Shown here piece by piece: positions 26,126 to 32,000 of a DNA stretch of 32,000 nucleotides. The stretch spans positions 3,630,001 to 3,662,000 of the forward strand of contig NC_017080.1 in the NCBI RefSeq assembly GCF_000284115.1, written 5' to 3'. This DNA is from Phycisphaera mikurensis NBRC 102666 (GTDB lineage Bacteria > Planctomycetota > Phycisphaerae > Phycisphaerales > Phycisphaeraceae). Position numbers and translations under genes: made by a program. The notes below the pieces were generated by a model. The model did not search any database and was not told where the DNA came from. It saw only the letters and a program-made list of their open reading frames with translations. Positions within the stretch are counted from its first letter, which is position 1. The number at the start of each line of letters is the position of its first letter.

Positions 26126-27133
26126 TCAGCCGCCGGCCGGGGGCCGGGCACCGGCGCGGATCGGCGCCTCGTCCGCCGGGCGGTCGACGTCGAGCCCGAA
26201 GCGGAGCAGCGTCCCGCCGGCGGTGACGTAGGCGTGCCGCTGGTCGTGGCCCAGGCAGACGTTGCTGGTCCGCTCCCCGGCGTCCGCGATTGCGAGCGGC
26301 TCGCCGTCGGGCGAGAGCACCAGCAGCCGGCCGGTCTCGAACAGCGCGACGTAGAGCCGGCCCGCCCGGTCGGTGGTCATGCCGTCGGGGTTGCCGAAGG
26401 CGGCGACGTCGGCGAAGAGCGAGGGGCCGACGAGCCCGGGCGCCGCGCCGCCGGCGGCCGGGACGACGGTGTAGCGGTGGATCTTTCGCGCCCCCTCGTC
26501 GGCGACGTAGAGCCCGACACCCGCGGGGTCCACGGCGACGCCGTTGGGGCGGACGAGGTCGCCGACGACCAGCGTCGCCTCCGCGGGCGGGCTCGCCGCG
26601 GGCAACGGGATCGCGTAGACGCCCTCGACCGCGGGCCCGCCCCCGGGTCGCGGCCCGTAGACCGGATCCGTGAAGAACAGGCCGTTGCCCGCCGCGATCA
26701 GGTCGTTGGTGAAGAACGGCCGGCCGCCGGGCACCGCCACGGCCGCCGGACGCGTCGCGCCCAGCCGCGGCGTGCCGTCCTCGCCCGCCGCGAGCTCGGT
26801 GGCCGCCACCCGGCGGTTCTTCCCCTCGCAGCGGTACAGCTCGCCACCGGCGAGGGCGAGCCCGTTCGCCCCGCCGCTGGCGGGATCGACGACGCGCGTC
26901 TGCCCGCTGTCCCGGTCGTAGAACAGGATCTTCCCGGCGGAGACGTCCGCGAACAGAACGCCGGCGCCCCGGCCGCTCTCGCCGGGCCACGCCACCGGGC
27001 CCTCCAGCCCGAGGTGGCCCTCGGAGACCGCTTCGGGTGCCCCGAGCGAGGGGAGCGCGGCCGGCTCCGCGGCGGCCGGACCCGCGGCGGCCGAGGCGAT
27101 CGCGAGGAGGAGGACGCGGAGCGTTGGGAGCAT
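26126..27133 (-). CDS. Secreted SMP-30/gluconolactonase/LRE-like six-bladed beta-propeller protein
   Basis: Track ORF 26126..27133. It has a signal peptide (MLPTLRVLLLAIASAAAGPAAA) and motifs typical of the family (GPVAWP, NGLA, FFTD, RPNGVAVDP, YVAD, PDGMTTD). Confidence 0.8.
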   Translation of the reverse strand: MLPTLRVLLLAIASAAAGPAAAEPAALPSLGAPEAVSEGHLGLEGPVAWPGESGRGAGVLFADVSAGKILFYDRDSGQTRVVDPASGGANGLALAGGELYRCEGKNRRVAATELAAGEDGTPRLGATRPAAVAVPGGRPFFTNDLIAAGNGLFFTDPVYGPRPGGGPAVEGVYAIPLPAASPPAEATLVVGDLVRPNGVAVDPAGVGLYVADEGARKIHRYTVVPAAGGAAPGLVGPSLFADVAAFGNPDGMTTDRAGRLYVALFETGRLLVLSPDGEPLAIADAGERTSNVCLGHDQRHAYVTAGGTLLRFGLDVDRPADEAPIRAGARPPAGG

Positions 27134-27139
27134 CCCGCC

Positions 27140-27145
27140 ACGCTA
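27140..27145 (-). promoter_or_regulatory. Candidate -10 box TAGCGT, 6 nt upstream of ATG 27133
   Basis: Plus strand acgcta at 27140-27145 is TAGCGT on the minus strand, followed by GGCGGG and then ATG. Confidence 0.4.
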
Positions 27146-27222
27146 CCGGCCCGCGGGCCGCCGTTGGATGCGCTAGCTTGGCGGCCCGCGCCGGCCGGCG
27201 GCGCCGGTGCCGCTTCCGCCCG

Positions 27223-28611
27223 ATGCCCCCGACTTCCGCCCGAGCCGAGGCAGAACCCGGCGGCGGGAGCCACCTGCCGGTCCTGCGCCACGGGCTGGCC
27301 AGCGACGCGGGGCGGCGGCGGCTGTGCAACGAGGACGCGGCCGTGGCGGACGCCCGGCGCGGGCTGTTCGTCGCCTGCGACGGCATCGGCGGGCAGGCCG
27401 CCGGCGAAGCGGCCAGCAACCTGTGCTGCCGCGCGATCGGCCACCGGCTCAGCCGCCGGCTGCGGGGCCGCCGCAGCCTCGACCCGCGGACGCTCAAGCA
27501 GCTGCTCATCGAGACCGCCGTCGAGACCAGCGACCAGCTGCACCGGCTGGCCGCGCCCCTGCCGGCGCTCGCGGGCATGGGCTGCACCCTCGTCGCGGCG
27601 CTGGTCGACGCGCGATCCGCCTACGTGCTGCACGCGGGCGACTCGCGTGCCTACCTGCTGCGGGAGCGGACGCTGCGCCCGCTCACCCGCGATCACACCC
27701 GCACCGTCCCGCGGCGTAGCGTGCCCGGCGGCGGCGGCGGCGGCCCGTCGTACGCGGCGGGCGGGGGCGAGGGCGAGCGGCGGCTGCTGCTGGAATATCT
27801 CGGCAGCACGAAGACGCTGGCCCCGGACGCGTCGATCGTCCCGCTCGAGGCCGGCGACCGGCTGCTGCTGTGCACCGACGGGCTGACCGATCCCGTGGGC
27901 GACGCGAAGATCGAGCACTTGCTCGGCGGCCGGCTGGACCCCGGCGGCGCCGCGGCGTCGCTGGTGGACGCGGCCAACGCCGCCGGCGGGCCGGACAACG
28001 TGACCGCCGTCGTGATCGACTACGGCGGCGCCCGCCCCGTGGTGCCGGCGGACCGCGTGCGGGGCGAGCGGACGCCCATCCGCCAGCCGGATGGTCTCAC
28101 CGGCCGCTTCCACGCGGCGCTGCTTGCTGTGGAGGCGGCGCTCGAAGCCCACGCGCGCGACGCCGCCGCCCTCGCCGCCGCCCCGCCGCTGAGCCGGCTC
28201 TCCGCGGCGCGGCGGTGCCTGGGCGAGAGCTGGTACCGCGGCGTGATCGAGCGGGACGACCCGACCGTCGATCGGCCCGCCGCGGCCTTCCACGCCGCCC
28301 GCGCCGATCCCGGCGGCGCTTGGCGGCGGGACCACGCCACGCGCCTCGAGGCGCTCGCCCCGATGCTGGAGCTGATCACCGGCGGCAGCGTCCGGCTCTC
28401 GCCGCTGCTGCCCGGCGACGAGACCGCCGAGGTCTACCGCCGCCTCTGGCACCAGTGGCGCGAGGTGGAGCGTCGCTACTTCCTCGCCTTCGCGGGCGAC
28501 GCGGCGGACGCACCCGATGCGGAGGTCGCCGCGATGCTCACCCGGCACATGGCCGACGCGGTGCGGACCATGCGGGAGCTGCTGGTCTTCCTGCCGCAGT
28601 TCCTGCGGTGA
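27223..28611 (+). CDS. PP2C-family Ser/Thr protein phosphatase with about 200-aa C-terminal region of unknown function
   Basis: This is the in-frame part of track ORF 27037..28611, starting at ATG 27223. PP2C motifs are present (RRRLCNEDA, FVACDGIGGQAAGEAAS, GMGCTLV, HAGDSRAYL, LLLCTDGLTD, GGPDNVTAVVI). Residues after about 265 (RPVVPADRV...FLPQFLR) match nothing I recognise. Confidence 0.85.
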   Translation: MPPTSARAEAEPGGGSHLPVLRHGLASDAGRRRLCNEDAAVADARRGLFVACDGIGGQAAGEAASNLCCRAIGHRLSRRLRGRRSLDPRTLKQLLIETAVETSDQLHRLAAPLPALAGMGCTLVAALVDARSAYVLHAGDSRAYLLRERTLRPLTRDHTRTVPRRSVPGGGGGGPSYAAGGGEGERRLLLEYLGSTKTLAPDASIVPLEAGDRLLLCTDGLTDPVGDAKIEHLLGGRLDPGGAAASLVDAANAAGGPDNVTAVVIDYGGARPVVPADRVRGERTPIRQPDGLTGRFHAALLAVEAALEAHARDAAALAAAPPLSRLSAARRCLGESWYRGVIERDDPTVDRPAAAFHAARADPGGAWRRDHATRLEALAPMLELITGGSVRLSPLLPGDETAEVYRRLWHQWREVERRYFLAFAGDAADAPDAEVAAMLTRHMADAVRTMRELLVFLPQFLR

Positions 28612-28631
28612 GAGCCCGCCGGGAGGGTTCT

Positions 28632-29009
28632 CTAGAGCAGGCCGAGGTGCAGCTGCGCCTCGTCGCTCATCATGCTCTTGTCCCAGGCGGGCTCCCACAC
28701 GAGCACGACGTGCGCGTGGTCGATGCCGTCCACCGACTCGGCGGCCTGCTGCACCTGCACCGGCAGGCTCTGGGCCTCGGGGCAGTTGGCGCTGGTGAGC
28801 GTCATGCGGATGACGCAGGAACGCGAAGCCGCACTCGGCCGGATCTCGTAGATGAGGCCGAGGTCGTAGAGGTTCACGGGGATCTCGGGGTCGTGGACCT
28901 CCTGGATCCGCGCCTTGATCTGCTCGACGAGGCCGGCGCCCTCCGGCGCCGGAGCGGCCGCCGGCATGCGGCGCTGGAGCTTCGCTTCGCCGGAATCGTG
29001 GATGCGCAT
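28632..29009 (-). CDS. DUF59 / SufT-like (MIP18 family) Fe-S cluster assembly-related protein
   Basis: This is the C-terminal part of artefactual track ORF 28632..31466. It reads EQIKARIQEVHDPEIPVNLYDLGLIYEI...IRMTLTSANCPEAQSLPVQV...VVLVWEPAWDKSMMSDEA, which is the classic DUF59 pattern. Start ATG 29009 is supported by a TACGCT box 5 nt upstream; ATG 28968 is the alternative. Confidence 0.75.
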   Translation of the reverse strand: MRIHDSGEAKLQRRMPAAAPAPEGAGLVEQIKARIQEVHDPEIPVNLYDLGLIYEIRPSAASRSCVIRMTLTSANCPEAQSLPVQVQQAAESVDGIDHAHVVLVWEPAWDKSMMSDEAQLHLGLL

Positions 29010-29014
29010 GGGGG

Positions 29015-29020
29015 AGCGTA
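29015..29020 (-). promoter_or_regulatory. Candidate -10 box TACGCT, 5 nt upstream of ATG 29009
   Basis: Plus strand agcgta at 29015-29020 is TACGCT on the minus strand. Confidence 0.35.
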
Positions 29021-29092
29021 CGGGCGGGGGCGCAGATCGCCGGGTCGGAGGTCGATCCAAAGAGGGCTCCGAGGACGCAGAGAGCGTCGAAG

Positions 29093-29206
29093 ACGCGGAC
29101 GGAGGCAAAGAAGAAGTTGCTGGAAGGCGAAGGGCAAGCGTCGGGCGGATCCGCCCTCCGCCCCCGTCTGCCTCCTCGGTTCGCTCGGCCCTGTCCTCCT
29201 CCGCGT
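29093..29206. repeat. Imperfect inverted repeat (element E3) centred on perfect palindrome GGGCGGATCCGCCC
   Basis: The palindrome sits at 29143-29156. ACGCGGA at 29093-29099 pairs with TCCGCGT at 29200-29206 about the same centre (29149.5). GGAGG at 29101-29105 pairs with CCTCC at 29195-29199. The left arm is purine-rich (GAAGACG, GACGGAGG) and the right arm is pyrimidine-rich (CCCCGTCTGCCTCC). Outer words CGCAGAT (29031) and ATCTGCG (29218) are also complementary. Confidence 0.65.
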
Positions 29207-29215
29207 CCGCCCGCG

Positions 29216-31519
29216 CTATCTGCGGCTTGCCTCGCCCGGGCCCGGGCACCGGAAGCGTGCCGCCGCGGCGCCGCCGTGCACGTCGACGGTGGAGACGGTG
29301 ACGGTCTCGCGGCGGGCGAGCAGGAAGCCGGCGGCGGCGGCGGCGAGGGGCGCCACGCTGAAGAGGCGGCCGAAGCGGCCGCGGAGCGGGTCGGCGTGGG
29401 CGGCGGAGGCGCCGGCCCGGGACCGGGCGGCGGTGCGGGCGGCGCCCAGGGCGCGGCCATCCGGAAGCGGGTGGGCGGGCGAGGCGGCGAGGGCGAGGGC
29501 ACCGGACACACCTTCGAGGGTGGCGTAAGCGTGAGCACCGCGCGCCTCGGCCTCGTCGCGACGCTCGAGCACGAGCGTGACCGCGCCCTCGGAGAGCGGC
29601 GGCCGGTCGCCGCCGCAGGCGGCGTAGGCGGCGGCGGTGTAGGGCGTCGCCTCCTCGGCGACGCTGACGATCGCGCGCCGCCAGCGGCCCGCGGCAAGGC
29701 GGGCGGCGGCGAAGCGGAGCGCGTCGAGGCCGGCGGTGGACGAGCCGATCACGCTCTGGCACGGGCCGGTGAGGCCCAGGTACAGCGACAGGTGGGCGGC
29801 CCCGGCGTTGGGCACGCCCTCGGCGAAGAGCACGGCGTTGGCGGTGTCGAGGCCGTGCTCGATCACGTCGCGGTGGTACTCCTCGCTGTAGCCGGCGCTG
29901 CCGTGGGCGGTGCCGAGCAGGCCGCCGGTGACGCCCGGCGCGGCACGCAGGGCGACCCCGTCGTCGGCGGCGAGGCCCGCGTCGTCGACGGCGAGCCGGG
30001 TGGCGGCGAGCGTGAGGCGGACGTACGCCGACATCCGGCGGATGCGTCGGACCTTCACGAGGCGCTCGACGGCGGCGGGATCGACCCGTGTGGGGAAGCC
30101 GCCGCCCGCCGGCGGCTCGGCATCCAGGGCGGCGCGGAACGCGTCGTTGCCGACGGCGCCGGGCAGCACGACGCCGAGACCGGTGACGACGACGCCGTTG
30201 CCGGCGGCGGCGTCGGTGTCGGCGTCGGTGTCGGCGTCGGTGTCGGCGTCGTTGCCGCGGACCGCCGGCGTCCGGGCTCCGAAACGCTCGCGGTCCGCGG
30301 CGTCCCGCCGCTCGACGACCGCGAAGGTGTTGGCACCGCCGAAGCCGATCGAGAGCGCCCCGACCGCTTCCAGCGGCGGATCGGCCGGTGCGGCGGCGCC
30401 GGTGACCAACGCCCGCGCGACCGCCGGCGACTCCACGTCGGCCGGGACGACGTTCGCGGTGGTCGGGAGCACCTGCGCCTCCAGGGCGTGCGTGGCGAGC
30501 AGCAGCTCGACGGCGCCCGCCCCGCCGAGCGTGTGGCCCAAGCGGCTCTTGAGCGCGACGACGCGGACGCCGCCGCCGCCGAGCGCGTCGCCGAACGCCT
30601 CCTCCATCGCCGCCGCCTCGCCCTGCTCGTTGCCGGGCGTGCCGGTGCCGTGGGCGCAGACCAGGCCGACCTCCGCGGGGGCCCGACCCGCCGCCCCGAG
30701 CCCGGCGCGGATCGCCCGGGCGGCGCCGCGGCCGGCGGGGTCGGGCTGGGTGAGGTGGTGGGCGTCGCTGCTCTCGCCCACGCCGGCGAGGCGGAAGCCG
30801 GCGCGGTGCCCGCGGGCCGCCGCGTCCGGGCCGCGCTCCAGCACCAGCACGCCGTAACCCTCTCCGAGCATCATGCCCCGCCGGTCGCGGGCAAAGGGAC
30901 GCACGCCGCTGCCGCTGATCAGCCGCAGCGCGTTGAAGCCGCCGTAGGCGTACTCGCTGACGGTGTCGTAGCCGCCGGCGACGACGACGTCGAGGCTGCC
31001 GTCCTCCAGCAGGTCGCGGGCGAGGCCCAGGCTCGAGAGCCCCGAGGAGCACGCCGCGCAGCCGGTGACGCCGAGGCCCTCGACGCGGACGGGCAGGCCC
31101 GCGACCGCCGCCTGCAGCACGGCGGCGCCCTGGAAGCGTCGCAGCGCGGCGGGGTCGTCCGCGCGGAGCGCCACGCCCGCGGAGCGCATCCCGTGCAGCG
31201 TCGTCCCCATGACCACGCCGATGCGGTCGGCCGGGACGTCGCCCGCGCCGATGCCCGCGTCCGCCAGCGCGGCGGCGAGCGCGTGCCGGAGGTACGCCGC
31301 CTCGCGCGGGAGGTCGTCGCGGGCGCCCCCGGGCAGGTCCGCCGCCTGGTAGCCGGTCCGCGGTCCGCCCTCGTGCGGTTCGAGCGCGGTCAGCTCCGCC
31401 GGCCCGGCCGCTCCGCCGGCGATCAGCGACGCCCACGCGGCGTCCCGGTCCGCCCCCAGCACGCAAGCGAGCGCCCGCCCGCTGATGACGATCTCGGCGG
31501 TGTCGGTCTGGGTCTCCAC
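29216..31519 (-). CDS. Fused beta-ketoacyl synthase (KS) plus chain-length-factor-like (CLF, Cys-less KS-like) protein
   Basis: Track ORF 29216..31519 with a GTG start. The N-terminal domain has the KS triad contexts GVTGCAACSSGL, VCAHGTGTPGNE and SRLGHTLGGAG. A DADTDADTDADTDA linker follows. The second KS-like domain has RRIRRMSAYVRLTLAA and, at the active-site position, SVIGSSTAGLDAL (Ser, not Cys), and lacks the His-His motifs. Confidence 0.85.
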   Translation of the reverse strand: METQTDTAEIVISGRALACVLGADRDAAWASLIAGGAAGPAELTALEPHEGGPRTGYQAADLPGGARDDLPREAAYLRHALAAALADAGIGAGDVPADRIGVVMGTTLHGMRSAGVALRADDPAALRRFQGAAVLQAAVAGLPVRVEGLGVTGCAACSSGLSSLGLARDLLEDGSLDVVVAGGYDTVSEYAYGGFNALRLISGSGVRPFARDRRGMMLGEGYGVLVLERGPDAAARGHRAGFRLAGVGESSDAHHLTQPDPAGRGAARAIRAGLGAAGRAPAEVGLVCAHGTGTPGNEQGEAAAMEEAFGDALGGGGVRVVALKSRLGHTLGGAGAVELLLATHALEAQVLPTTANVVPADVESPAVARALVTGAAAPADPPLEAVGALSIGFGGANTFAVVERRDAADRERFGARTPAVRGNDADTDADTDADTDAAAGNGVVVTGLGVVLPGAVGNDAFRAALDAEPPAGGGFPTRVDPAAVERLVKVRRIRRMSAYVRLTLAATRLAVDDAGLAADDGVALRAAPGVTGGLLGTAHGSAGYSEEYHRDVIEHGLDTANAVLFAEGVPNAGAAHLSLYLGLTGPCQSVIGSSTAGLDALRFAAARLAAGRWRRAIVSVAEEATPYTAAAYAACGGDRPPLSEGAVTLVLERRDEAEARGAHAYATLEGVSGALALAASPAHPLPDGRALGAARTAARSRAGASAAHADPLRGRFGRLFSVAPLAAAAAGFLLARRETVTVSTVDVHGGAAAARFRCPGPGEASRR
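30211..30250. repeat. 12-nt tandem repeat (CGTCGGTGTCGG x3 plus partial) encoding the (DADT)n interdomain linker
   Basis: Units are read directly at 30211-30222, 30223-30234 and 30235-30246. Confidence 0.9.
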
Positions 31520-31526
31520 GGGCGGT

Positions 31527-32000
31527 TCAGCGGTCGGGACGTGCGGGGGGCAGCGTAGGAACGCGGTGGGCGGGGTCTGCGCGCCCTCCCGCCGCCTCGA
31601 AGCGCGGCGACAACTCCAGCCACTGCCCGGGGTTCTCGCCGATCTCGGCGGCGAGGGCGGCGGCGAGCCGGAGCATCGCTTCGCCGGGGGCGCCGGGCCG
31701 CGGGAAGGCGGCGCCGCCGGCCACGCGGATCGGCCGGTGAAGCCGGAGCTCCACGCCGCCGGGGGTCCGCACCGCGAACACCGGGACGATGGCCGCCCCC
31801 GCCATCGCGGCGAGCTTCACCGGGCCCACGGGCAGCTCGGCGGTGCCGCCGAGGAAGGGCACGCGCACGCCACGCTGCCCGGGCATCACCCGATCGGCCT
31901 GGCACAGGACCGCGGCGCCGGCTTCCAGCCGCGCGCGGAGCGCCGTCCAGACGTCCAGCGAGTCGGGCCCGCCGACGACCGCGTCGTGAACGCCCAGCCG
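31527..32000 (-). CDS. Lysophospholipid/lipid A (LpxL/HtrB-like, LPLAT superfamily) acyltransferase, C-terminal part (gene continues beyond the window end)
   Basis: My translation of the minus strand from 32000 stays open: ...LGVHDAVVGGPDSLDVWTALRARLEAGAAVLCQADRVMPGQRGVRVPFLGGTAELPVGPVKLAAMAGAAIVPVFAVRTPGG... This matches the LPLAT block (xxxDQ...G..V.FFG....t..Gpa.LA..tgApvvPv). The stop lies 7 nt before the KS-CLF start. Confidence 0.65.
   Translation of the reverse strand, partial: RLGVHDAVVGGPDSLDVWTALRARLEAGAAVLCQADRVMPGQRGVRVPFLGGTAELPVGPVKLAAMAGAAIVPVFAVRTPGGVELRLHRPIRVAGGAAFPRPGAPGEAMLRLAAALAAEIGENPGQWLELSPRFEAAGGRADPAHRVPTLPPARPDR

Noticed and set aside
26698-31558. Long ORFs 26698..29697 (-), 28632..31466 (-), 29117..31558 (+) and 27870..29528 (+).
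   Set aside because: Their translations are Arg/Pro/Gly-rich nonsense that overlaps well-supported genes (PP2C, KS-CLF). Only the last 126 codons of 28632..31466 (the DUF59 protein) are credible.

Overview
The window is very GC-rich (over 70% by eye) and looks like bacterial chromosomal DNA. The protein styles are reminiscent of Planctomycetota/PVC, but that is inference only. I support about 22 genes.

Genes, in order:
- Purine-catabolism block: partial allantoate-amidohydrolase-like M20 hydrolase, xdhA, xdhB, xdhC, and a convergent AGXT/PucG-like class-V aminotransferase.
- A glycoside-hydrolase-like protein.
- An MFP plus RND efflux pair.
- A lone HUH/Y1 (IS200/RAYT-like) transposase-family gene.
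- A PLD/cardiolipin-synthase-like gene.
- A sugar-phosphate isomerase overlapping a short NfeD gene.
- ffh, an orphan HPr, a long smc, dapF and an acylphosphatase.
- A secreted SMP-30-like propeller.
- A PP2C phosphatase with an unassigned C-terminal half.
- A DUF59/SufT-like gene, a fused KS-CLF ketosynthase and a partial LPLAT acyltransferase.

Many very long ORFs in the track (for example 13814..16426, 20226..24740, 10169..13798, 26698..29697) are GC-driven antisense or off-frame artefacts.

No complete multi-gene novel system (defence, CRISPR, secretion and so on) is evident to me. The most interesting signals are non-coding:
1. An iteron-like array of GTCAAGGGG-core repeats at 389-633. 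It shares its core with a near-perfect palindrome sitting directly upstream of the HUH transposase-like gene, which suggests a REP/RAYT-like relationship.
2. A 17-nt homopolymeric G/C tract that exactly fills the -35/-10 spacer of the PLD gene promoter, making it a candidate phase-variable promoter.
3. A family of purine-rich/pyrimidine-rich long imperfect inverted repeats built from GAGACGG/GAAGACG words in three intergenic regions.
4. TANNNT boxes 5-8 nt upstream of 9 of 16 first-gene start codons, which implies widespread leaderless transcription.
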